From NCBI GenBank assembly GCA_937944855.1, contig CALFAY010000048.1, positions 29,446 through 93,445 on the forward strand: a stretch of 64,000 bases of DNA, given 5' to 3'. Source of the DNA: an uncultured Planctomycetota bacterium (GTDB lineage: Bacteria; Planctomycetota; Planctomycetia; Gemmatales; HRBIN36). Below, piece after piece: positions 33,402 to 41,640 of this stretch (its first letter is position 1; the number at the start of each line of letters is the position of its first letter). Position numbers and translations under genes: made by a program. The notes under the pieces were generated by a model. It did no database searches and was not told where the DNA came from. It worked only from the letters and a program-made list of their open reading frames with translations.

Positions 33402-36400
33402 TTACGGCCCTTCCGTATCTCGCTGAGGTTCCCGTCGGGTGCGCGGCTCAGCGTCCCGGCCCCCGATCGGAAGACGCAGGCGGAGACCTTCAGGGAGGAC
33501 ATGAAGTTGCCCTTTCCATCGGTCGTCCCGGATGACTTTGGGTCGGCCTTTAAGCGTTTCCTCTGCCGCTTCAAGGTGCAGCCGGAAGGTTGTCAACTGA
33601 TTGCGTACCTCCGGGTCCTCCCGCAGCAGGTCGAATGCGATCATCTGAGCGTTCAGTTGCGCCGGGGTCAGCCCAGGAGCGATGGGGAAGCAGAATCCGG
33701 AAATCCAGCCGACCCGTTGAGAGGCGAGCAGGCTGAGAAAGGCGGTTCGATCCGCCTCGGTCTGGGTCACGACGGCATGCCTCTGCGCCTCGGCTGCGGA
33801 ACGGACGCGGTACTCAGCGGCCTTTTCCCGTGCGATGCTTGTCTCACTGTCGCTTTTGGCCTCGACGAGCATCTGCTCGCGCTGGCTCAAGGCCCGGGTG
33901 ACGGCGTAATAGGCATCGACGACCTGAGCCGGGGGATGGAGGTCTTGAACTTCCACGGAGTCGATGGCGATGCCTAGATCCTGGTTGCCGCGCAGCAATT
34001 GCCGCAACTGCCCGGCGACTTGCTGTTGCACCTGCTCCCGTCCGCCCGCGAGCAAATCGGCAAAGGCCCGCTCAGCAATTGCCTCACGCAAGAGAGCCTC
34101 GGTCATGGCCCGCACAACGCCTTCAGCATCGTTGACGGTGAACAGGTACTTGCGGGGATCTTCGGGTCGGTAGAACACACGAGCCTTGACTTCGATCAGG
34201 TTGCCGTCTCCGGTAATCATCAGAGCCTCTTCTTCGAGGCGAAGGATTCCCTGAGCATGCACTGCGGACCAGGTGAGTTCCCCCGCCAGAGGCCCAAACG
34301 CCCGGAAGCCGATGTCAAGAGAACGCAGACGCCGCGGTTCGATCTTCGTCACCTTCTCCAACGGCCAGGGCAAACGAAAATGCAATCCTGGCTCCAGGTC
34401 CTCGGGCAGAACCCTTCCGAAACGCCGGACGATTCCGATCTGATCCGGGCCGATCACCACGATCCCGCTGGCGACATAAAGCAGCACAATCAGACCAGCC
34501 GTTCCTCCCAGGACCGCTTTCCAGTGGTCTAGGAAGAAGTGACTCACCTCGTGGAAACTGAGCCGCTCAAGCCAGGTGTCGAACCGGGACACATAGGTCC
34601 GCCAGCGTCGCACGGCAGCCGAGTCCCGGGTGCGTTCAAAGGCCAACAGCCGCATGGCATTCAGAAGCACAGCCAAGGATGCCGCCTGGTGGTAGATCGC
34701 GGCCCAGATCGGTGAAGCGTGGCGGGCCTGCTCCGACCATCCTGGAACGATCCAAGCCGTCAAGACCACACCGACGATGTTGACCACGAAGGCGAACCAG
34801 ACGATATTCTGCTGGATGACGGCGACGGTCTGCCGAGCAAGTCGGACCAGGAAAGGCAACGACGCCAGGGGTTGTCGCAGCAAGACGATGTCCCCTGCTT
34901 CGGCGGTCACGTCGATCCCGCCCAGAGCGAGACCGACATATCCCGTCGCCAAGGCCGGCGCGTCGTTGATGCCATCGCCCACCATGGCCGGGCGACGCCC
35001 CTGCCTGCGTTGATTCTCCAGCCAGGCCGCCTTATCGGTGGGCAGAAGCTCGGCATGAAATTCGGTGATTTCCAGTTCCCGAGCGACTGCTTCAGCAACA
35101 GCCTGGCGGTCGCCGGTAAGCAAGGCGATGTCGTGGATGCCCATGCGGCGCAATTCTTGAAGCACCTCGGCCGCTTCGGGCCGAACCGTGTCCCGTACTC
35201 CCAGCACTCCGACAACCTGACCGCCCTGGGCCACGAGCAAAGCCGTTTCCCCTGCGGCGTCCAACTGGCTCAGGATCGTCTCCAGCTCCCCGGGAAGCGA
35301 CAGATGGTGCCGCTCCATCAAACGGCGATTGCCCACGATCACTTGTTGGCCCTGGACCGTGGCCGAGACTCCCCCTCCGGGATGCGATTCGAAGTGCTCC
35401 ACCTCAGGCAAGGTCAGTCCCCGGTTTCGGGCTTCCTGAACGATGGTCTGGGCGATGACGTGTTCGCTCCGCTGTTCTGCTGCCGCGGCCAGGCGCAGCA
35501 GCTCCTGGGGACTCACTTCAGGTGCCAGGACGACGATGTTTCCCAGGCGAAGCTGCCCGGTGGTCAAGGTGCCGGTCTTGTCGAAAGCAAACAGGTTGAC
35601 CTCGGCCAGTCGCTCCAGGGCCGAGCCGCCTTTGATGAGGATGCCACTGCCGGCCAACCGGCCCAAGGCAGCGATGATGGCGGCGGGAGTGGCGAGGATC
35701 AGAGCGCAAGGACAGGCGACCACGAGCACGGCCAAGGTCGGAAAAACCGCCTTGTACCAGCCGCCATCTTCCTGGCGAAACCACCAGAGATTGGCCAGGA
35801 AAGTGATCAGGGCCAGACTGAGGACGACAGGTAAGAACCAGCGGGCAAGGCGGTCGGCCGTCCGCTCCAGAGGAGCTTTGTCCCGCAGGGCGCGGGCGGT
35901 AATCGCCAGCACCCGGCCCATGACGGTATGCTCGGCGATCCGCTTGACTTCGATGATCAGCGCGCCGTGTTGATTGAGCGTTCCAGCCAAAACCTCAGAA
36001 CCCGGCCCCTTCTCGACGGGCAGACTCTCGCCGGTCAGGACGCTCTCATCGACCGCGGAAGCGCCCTCGACGACGACGCCGTCCACGGGAATCCGTTTGC
36101 CGGGCCGGACGAGGATGCGATCTCCAGCTTTCAACTCCGCCACGGAGGTTTTGACCGGCTCGCCATCGCGTATCAGCCAGCACAGCTGCGGAGTCAGTTC
36201 GACCAGCCGGGTGATGGCCCGTTTGGTCCGGTCGAAGGTGAAGGCTTCCAGGCACTCGCCGATCAGTCCGATGAGGATGACTTCGGCAGCGACCAGCGGT
36301 TGGTTGATGAGAATGGCAGCAACGGCGGCGATAGCCAGGGCCAGATCGGCCCCGATCCGCCCTGCGCTCAGACTCTCCAGAGCGCCGTACAAGGCCCGAG

Positions 36401-36632
36401 CGGAGCCGAGAATCGCAGCGATCAGCGCGAACCGCCAATGAGTGCCGAACAGCGTCAAGCCGCTGTCCAAGATCGGAAGCTCGACGCCCAGCCACGGTGC
36501 CAGCCAAAGGGCCAGCGGATCCCAGGCCAGATCAAGGAAAAGAAGTGAGCCGACTAGGAGCGTAAGGAGATAAAGGCCCGCCTGACTGGCGCGTCCGAGG
36601 ATCGGATCGACGTGGGAAATCTCCCGGTGCAT
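33402..36632 (-). CDS. P1B-type (CPC) heavy-metal-type P-type ATPase fused C-terminally to an HflK-like SPFH/band-7 domain
   Basis: ATPase motifs TGES ('LTGESLP'), '[11 protein letters not shown]', 'DKTGTLT' and '[10 protein letters not shown]'. After two more TMs and a linker TM, an SPFH domain follows: '[40 protein letters not shown]...[19 protein letters not shown]...[12 protein letters not shown]'. Confidence 0.85.
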   Translation of the reverse strand: MHREISHVDPILGRASQAGLYLLTLLVGSLLFLDLAWDPLALWLAPWLGVELPILDSGLTLFGTHWRFALIAAILGSARALYGALESLSAGRIGADLALAIAAVAAILINQPLVAAEVILIGLIGECLEAFTFDRTKRAITRLVELTPQLCWLIRDGEPVKTSVAELKAGDRILVRPGKRIPVDGVVVEGASAVDESVLTGESLPVEKGPGSEVLAGTLNQHGALIIEVKRIAEHTVMGRVLAITARALRDKAPLERTADRLARWFLPVVLSLALITFLANLWWFRQEDGGWYKAVFPTLAVLVVACPCALILATPAAIIAALGRLAGSGILIKGGSALERLAEVNLFAFDKTGTLTTGQLRLGNIVVLAPEVSPQELLRLAAAAEQRSEHVIAQTIVQEARNRGLTLPEVEHFESHPGGGVSATVQGQQVIVGNRRLMERHHLSLPGELETILSQLDAAGETALLVAQGGQVVGVLGVRDTVRPEAAEVLQELRRMGIHDIALLTGDRQAVAEAVARELEITEFHAELLPTDKAAWLENQRRQGRRPAMVGDGINDAPALATGYVGLALGGIDVTAEAGDIVLLRQPLASLPFLVRLARQTVAVIQQNIVWFAFVVNIVGVVLTAWIVPGWSEQARHASPIWAAIYHQAASLAVLLNAMRLLAFERTRDSAAVRRWRTYVSRFDTWLERLSFHEVSHFFLDHWKAVLGGTAGLIVLLYVASGIVVIGPDQIGIVRRFGRVLPEDLEPGLHFRLPWPLEKVTKIEPRRLRSLDIGFRAFGPLAGELTWSAVHAQGILRLEEEALMITGDGNLIEVKARVFYRPEDPRKYLFTVNDAEGVVRAMTEALLREAIAERAFADLLAGGREQVQQQVAGQLRQLLRGNQDLGIAIDSVEVQDLHPPAQVVDAYYAVTRALSQREQMLVEAKSDSETSIAREKAAEYRVRSAAEAQRHAVVTQTEADRTAFLSLLASQRVGWISGFCFPIAPGLTPAQLNAQMIAFDLLREDPEVRNQLTTFRLHLEAAEETLKGRPKVIRDDRWKGQLHVLPEGLRLRLPIGGRDAEPRTRREPQRDTEGP

Positions 36633-36744
36633 GCCGCGTAGCCCTGTCAGGCATGAGAGAGGTCGCGCTGCGGGTGGAACAGTCTCAGGCTACGCCAAGC
36701 ATGCTGCTCCGTCAAGAAAAGCGGCTGTCGGGAGGTAGGCGGGA

Positions 36745-36888
36745 TCACCGCCAGGGGCGAATCTTCGGCTGCACGGCGTGGCAACGGCGGCAGCGGACCT
36801 TCTTGCGGTTGATCGGCTTGCCGCACTTGGGGCAGCGCTTCTGCTTCAGGAGCTTGACATACTTGGTACGAGGACGAACCTGGCCCAT
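36745..36888 (-). CDS. Unannotated 47-aa highly basic zinc-ribbon protein (CxxC...CxxC)
   Basis: My own translation gives MGQVRPRTKYVKLLKQKRCPKCGKPINRKKVRCRRCHAVQPKIRPWR*. A 'GGAGGG' RBS lies 7 nt upstream of the ATG. It is too short for the ORF track. It is co-directional with the ATPase gene and 113 nt upstream of it. Confidence 0.55.
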   Translation of the reverse strand: MGQVRPRTKYVKLLKQKRCPKCGKPINRKKVRCRRCHAVQPKIRPWR

Positions 36889-37635
36889 AGGCGGTCCCTC
36901 CGCACATTATGTCGAATCGCAGCCGAGCAGTTTGTTTATCGCCACTGCCGCTGCCGGACAAGGCCCTCAGCCGGTGAATCGGTCTTGTCTATCAGAAGTA
37001 GAAAACCCTCTGGCTTCGTTCCCGATTTTGGTTGCAAGGTGCAGAGCCGGAAAGTAACTAGGAATTGGTTCACTCCAGAAAATAGTTGCATTCATTAAAA
37101 ATTGCCGTGGAACTTTCAAAAGTTCTTCAAAGACGAAATGAGAGAAAGATCCTAGGCTGAAAGATCGTCAGGATCGTTACAACCGAAATCTGTGGCGAAC
37201 CTATGTGGTTCTGTAAGGCCGCAATTTTTTTGACGCGGCATGACACCGGCCTAGGTCTCGAGGATACGTCGCAAGCGTAACGGCGATCCTGGAAATCCAG
37301 GCTTCGATCCTGACGACCGCAAGTACGGCGACGGCCTGAGAAGGATGCTTGGGCAAACGGGGAACTTTCCGATGAGCGGAAAGGCGACACGGAAGTTGGC
37401 AAGGGAATCACCCACGGACCGGTGCTTGCCGGCGTTCTTGGATTGGGGTCTGTCGTAACCCACGGGGACGGAGTCTGCGCCGAGATCGGCAAAGAGCGAA
37501 GCAGGTCTCAGATGCTACGCGAAGACCGTGCCGCGAGGAGAAAGTGAAGGCAGGACGCCTTCGGAAGCTGGACTTGTACGTCTGCCCGACGGATGCGGGT
37601 ATGACGGGGACGCCCGGGAGCCGCGAGGCGGATCG

Positions 37636-39183
37636 ATGCCTGTGACGGAAGTCTGGGCTTTTTGTCTGGCCTTGCTGGCTGCTCTCGCCACGGTGCCGAT
37701 GGCGAGGTGGACATCCCGTCGCTGGGGGCTGGTCGATCACCCCGACGGCCATCGAAAGATGCATCGCCAACCCATCCCCCTTGCAGGTGGCATTGGCATT
37801 CTCACAGCCCTCGTACTGGCAGTCCCGGCCCTGGTCATATTGCGGCATGTTTCCTTCGTCGATGCCGTTGCAGCCACGAATCCAAGTGTCGCACTGGGCA
37901 CGCTGGCGGCAGTCGTTCTTCTGATGGCGATAGGGATTGCCGACGATTTCCGGCTGCTTCGGGGAAGACACAAGCTGCTGGGTCAGATCTTCGCTGTCGG
38001 CATTTTGCTGCTGTGTGGTTGCGTGGTGCGACGGATCAGCCTTCTCGGGTTCGAGTTCGACCTCGCGTTTTTGTCATACCCGTTCACCGCTTTCTGGCTG
38101 CTTGGTGCGATCAATGCCTTTAACCTGCTTGACGGCATGGACGGATTGCTGGGCACAATCTCAGGTTTGGCTTCGATGGCGGTAGCAGTCGTTGGCGTCC
38201 TCGCGGGGGATGTCCTTTTGGCCATCGCAGGTGCCCTGCTGGCCGGGGCGATTGCTGGCTTTCTCAAATACAACCTGCCGCCTGCCAGCGTATTCCTCGG
38301 AGACTCGGGCAGCATGGTGCTCGGGCTCGTGGTCGGCTTGCTCATCCTGCGGGCTTTCACGGTCGAATCGGCTTCGTTCTCCTTATTGCCGGCCCTGGGG
38401 TTGGTCTGCATTCCGGTCGCCGATACCGCCGCAGCGATCCTACGCCGGACGCTGACCGGCCGAAGTCTGTATGCGACGGATCGAGGCCACATCCACCACG
38501 TACTCCTGCGCCGGGGCAGCAACACCTGGCAGGTATTGGCCATCCTCGGCGGACTTTCGTTGGTGGCTGTACTCGGCTCGATCCTCAGCGTGGTCCTGGG
38601 GGCTGACTACCCCGCCGCCTGTGCTGCGATCGCTGTGGCAACGGTGTTGTTGGCCGGGGGGTTATTTGGCCGATCTGAATTGAAACTGCTTGGCAATCGC
38701 TTGCGGCACGGCTTGGCTTCTTTCCTCCGCGGCCCGGGCCAGGATGCCGCCCGCGAATTGCAGGTTCACATGCACGGCACCGCGGCTTGGCATCAGTTGT
38801 GGCGGGAACTCACCGAGTTCGCTGCCCAGTCGAATCTCCAGAGCATCCGTCTGGATGTCAGCCTGCCAGCCCTGCATGAGGAATATCATGCCCGGTGGGA
38901 CCGGCCCCATGCCACGGATGAGGTGCGGGACTTGTGGGCCACCACCGTCCCGTTGATGGCCGGGGGCCAACTCATCGGCCGCCTGGAGATTCGCGGCCGA
39001 CGGGATGATGTGCCCGTGTGTGATAAGATTCTGCAAGTCGCACGCTTCGTCGAAAATCTGGAGCGTACTGCCGCAGCTGCTCTTCCCGCTTCGTCTCCGA
39101 CGCTGCTTTCCCTTCCGGACTCTCGTCCAAGCGGTAACGGAGACAGGGACAGACAAGGTCAGGTTTTCGCAGTTTCAGACTAG
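37636..39183 (+). CDS. WecA/MraY-family polyprenyl-phosphate hexose(N-acetylhexosamine)-1-phosphate transferase with a ~170-aa C-terminal extension
   Basis: 'DHPDGHRKMHRQPIPLAGGI', 'NAFNLLDGMDGL' and 'VFLGDSGSMVLG' are signatures of this family. ATG 37636 has a GAGG RBS. The track start 37528 is unlikely. Confidence 0.85.
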   Translation: MPVTEVWAFCLALLAALATVPMARWTSRRWGLVDHPDGHRKMHRQPIPLAGGIGILTALVLAVPALVILRHVSFVDAVAATNPSVALGTLAAVVLLMAIGIADDFRLLRGRHKLLGQIFAVGILLLCGCVVRRISLLGFEFDLAFLSYPFTAFWLLGAINAFNLLDGMDGLLGTISGLASMAVAVVGVLAGDVLLAIAGALLAGAIAGFLKYNLPPASVFLGDSGSMVLGLVVGLLILRAFTVESASFSLLPALGLVCIPVADTAAAILRRTLTGRSLYATDRGHIHHVLLRRGSNTWQVLAILGGLSLVAVLGSILSVVLGADYPAACAAIAVATVLLAGGLFGRSELKLLGNRLRHGLASFLRGPGQDAARELQVHMHGTAAWHQLWRELTEFAAQSNLQSIRLDVSLPALHEEYHARWDRPHATDEVRDLWATTVPLMAGGQLIGRLEIRGRRDDVPVCDKILQVARFVENLERTAAAALPASSPTLLSLPDSRPSGNGDRDRQGQVFAVSD

Positions 39184-39209
39184 TTGGCCAATCGGCTTGG
39201 GAGTTCGCG

Positions 39210-41597
39210 ATGTCGTCTCCGGATCACTCGGATTTCATGCCGATCGAAGAAGATTCCGGCCCTTCGCAATTGCAGCAGCTTTTGGGGCTGGCCTGGCGAC
39301 GCAAGGGATTGATCACGTTTGGTTTGGCAGTCGGACTGGTCATTGGCGCGATCTATTACGCCCAGTGCTCGCCGGTGTATCAATCGCAGGCTCAGTTGTT
39401 GGTGGTCAAAAAGCGGCCTGACGCCCTGCCCGTCACTGGCCTGGACACCCGCTACTCGACGCTGAGCTTCACGGAAGATTACCTGGCGACCCACATTGTC
39501 CTGATGCGCAGCCCGTTGATCGTCGGTCGCGCTGTACAACGGCGGAATCTGGCCAATCTGCCGTCATTCCGGGGACAAAGCGACCCGGCAGCAGTCATTC
39601 CCCAAGCCCTCAAGGTGACGCGCGACACGAAGGAGTCCGGCGTCAGTGCCAGCAACATCCTTTACCTGTCCTACGAGGGACCAGTTCCCGAAGATTGTGC
39701 GGCCGTCATCAACGCGATCGTGGCCAGTTACCGCGAATTCCTGGACGAAGCCTACCGCTCCATGAGCAACGAAACCGTGGAACTGATCACTCAGGCGAAG
39801 AATTACCTCCAAAAGGACCTCAAGGACAAGGAAGAGGCCTATCACCAATTCCGCGAGAAAGCTCCGGTGCTGCTGAAGGGGAAAGGCGGCTTCGGTCTGG
39901 GGCAGGAGCGGATTGCCTCGCTGGAAAACCGTCAGGTGGCCATCCTGATCCGCAAGGCAGAACTGGCAGCGAAATTAAATGCCCTCGACGACGCCGTGAA
40001 AAACGGGAAGAGTCCGACTGCTGTGCGAGCCTTGGTCGCCGACCTGATGCGGCGTGGTCCCAGCGACGGCACGTCGTCCGGCTTTGTTTCCCCAGGACGA
40101 AATACATCTCGGGCCGTGGAGGAGCAACTGCTTCCGCTGCTGCTTCAGGAACAGGCCCTTCTGGAGAATTACGGTCCCGATCATCCGCAGGTGATCTCCC
40201 TGCGTCAGCGGATCACTTTTACGAGAAAATTCCTCAACGATCTGACTGATGTCTCCAGCGATCCTGAGTCTCCGGAAGCAGCGGAGGAAAGAGCACGGCT
40301 TCGCGATCCGGTTCATCGTTTCCGCTTGCTTCTGGTTCAGGAGCTTCAGGAACTCCAGGCCGAGGAAGAACAGATCGCCGCGGCGTTGAAGGCCGAACAA
40401 GAACAGGCTAAGGCCCTGCTTAAGCTAGATCTCGAGGAAGAGTCGCTACGCAATGACGTGGTGCGGACGCAGCAGTTGTATGAGAACGTCATCAAGCGGC
40501 TTCAGGAAATCGACCTGGGCAAGGAAGGCGGTGGCTTCGAGGCCCGGTTGATTTCCCCGCCGAATCCCGGCATTAAGGTCGCTCCCCGGGCCATTCCCAT
40601 TTTCGCGGGAGCCATGCTCGTCGGCCTCGTCGTCGGAGCGGGGCTGGCGTACCTTGCCGAGTTCCTGGACAAGAGTTTCCGGTCGCCGGAGGAGATCCGT
40701 CGCCGCCTGCGTCTGCCGCTGATCGGCCATATACCGGTGCTCCCGCATGCGGACCGCCCAAGTGCCCTTGGCAGCCGACTGGATGGCAGTTTGGTGGCCT
40801 TTCATCGTCCACGGTCCCTGGAAGCCGAGGCCTATCGCAGCGTGAGGACGGCCCTGTATTTCAGTACCCAGGGCGAACGGCACAAGGTCATCCAAATCAC
40901 CAGCGCCAGCAAAGGCGAGGGCAAATCGACCTTGGCGGCCAATCTCGCCATTTCCATCGCCCAGTCGGGCCGCCGGGTGGTGCTGGTAGATGCCGACCTG
41001 CGGCGGCCCCGGATTCACATTCTTTTCGGACTGGAAAACCAACGAGGACTCTCCGACATCGTCCGCGGCGAGGCCGAGTGGAAGGAACTGGTCCAATCGA
41101 CGGCCTGCCCGAATTGTCTCGCGATCACTTCCGGCCCGATTCCTGCCAATCCCGCAGAGCTTCTGACCATGCCGCGTTTCCAGGAACTGGTCAATGCTTT
41201 GCGCGACGAGTTCGATTTCGTCCTGGTGGACAGTCCCCCCTTGTTGGCCGTCACCGATCCGTGCGTTGTCGCTCCCCGAGTGGATGGAGTGATTCTCGTC
41301 CTGCGATTGTCCAAGCAATGTCGGCCCTTGGCGGAGCGATCCCGGGAGATCCTCCTGTCCCTGGGAGCCCATGTTCTCGGCGTCATCGTCAACGGCCTGG
41401 GCCGCAAGGGCAGCTCCGCCTACGGGTATGTTCAGGACTCCTACGTCTACAGGTCGGACTACATGCCGCCGCAGCCGGAAGAAGAGGACATCTACGAGTA
41501 TTTCCAGGCGGATGACTCGGCGAACAGCAATGGCAAAGCTTCCAGCGCGGCGAAAACCGAGAAGGACGGTAACCCCGCCCCGGTCACTCGTTCCTAG
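39210..41597 (+). CDS. Wzc/GumC-type polysaccharide co-polymerase fused to a BY tyrosine autokinase
   Basis: Wzz-like N-terminus with TM, a long coiled-coil periplasmic region and a second TM. Kinase Walker A is 'SASKGEGKST', A' is 'VVLVDADLRRP', and B is 'DFVLVDSPPLL'. The C-terminal tail is Tyr-rich: 'SSAYGYVQDSYVYRSDYMPP...IYEYF'. Confidence 0.9.
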   Translation: MSSPDHSDFMPIEEDSGPSQLQQLLGLAWRRKGLITFGLAVGLVIGAIYYAQCSPVYQSQAQLLVVKKRPDALPVTGLDTRYSTLSFTEDYLATHIVLMRSPLIVGRAVQRRNLANLPSFRGQSDPAAVIPQALKVTRDTKESGVSASNILYLSYEGPVPEDCAAVINAIVASYREFLDEAYRSMSNETVELITQAKNYLQKDLKDKEEAYHQFREKAPVLLKGKGGFGLGQERIASLENRQVAILIRKAELAAKLNALDDAVKNGKSPTAVRALVADLMRRGPSDGTSSGFVSPGRNTSRAVEEQLLPLLLQEQALLENYGPDHPQVISLRQRITFTRKFLNDLTDVSSDPESPEAAEERARLRDPVHRFRLLLVQELQELQAEEEQIAAALKAEQEQAKALLKLDLEEESLRNDVVRTQQLYENVIKRLQEIDLGKEGGGFEARLISPPNPGIKVAPRAIPIFAGAMLVGLVVGAGLAYLAEFLDKSFRSPEEIRRRLRLPLIGHIPVLPHADRPSALGSRLDGSLVAFHRPRSLEAEAYRSVRTALYFSTQGERHKVIQITSASKGEGKSTLAANLAISIAQSGRRVVLVDADLRRPRIHILFGLENQRGLSDIVRGEAEWKELVQSTACPNCLAITSGPIPANPAELLTMPRFQELVNALRDEFDFVLVDSPPLLAVTDPCVVAPRVDGVILVLRLSKQCRPLAERSREILLSLGAHVLGVIVNGLGRKGSSAYGYVQDSYVYRSDYMPPQPEEEDIYEYFQADDSANSNGKASSAAKTEKDGNPAPVTRS

Positions 41598-41640
41598 AGC
41601 CGCTCTGCGTAGTCTTTGAGCCGGTGGGCAAGGAGAAGGC

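Noticed and set aside
33741-33756. The tRNA T-arm-like sequence GGCGGTTCGATCCGCC.
   Set aside because: It lies inside the ATPase::SPFH coding region. I could not find a complementary acceptor stem (AGACCGA) or plausible D and anticodon arms in the preceding ~60 nt. It is most likely coincidental.
34719-36548. Plus-strand ORFs of 371 and 206 aa (34719-35834, 35928-36548) inside the ATPase gene.
   Set aside because: They are antisense to a protein with all the P-type ATPase signature motifs, and their composition (D/G/Q/R/P-rich) is non-protein-like.
36647-36961. The 104-aa minus-strand ORF from the track, upstream of the ATPase.
   Set aside because: Its composition is non-protein-like (Pro/Ala/Gln/Ser-rich) and it has no RBS. 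A different frame on the same strand holds a 47-aa CxxC...CxxC ORF with a GGAGGG Shine-Dalgarno site, which I prefer.
37351-37420. GGGCAAAC...GCGGAAAGG...GGCAAGGGAA, reminiscent of c-di-GMP-I (GEMM) or cobalamin riboswitch fragments upstream of the polysaccharide locus.
   Set aside because: The spacing and pairing do not fit the GEMM-I consensus (no GNRA tetraloop/receptor arrangement, no ACGCAAAGC). No B12 box (GCCACTG) is present. It is kept only as part of the general long-leader observation.
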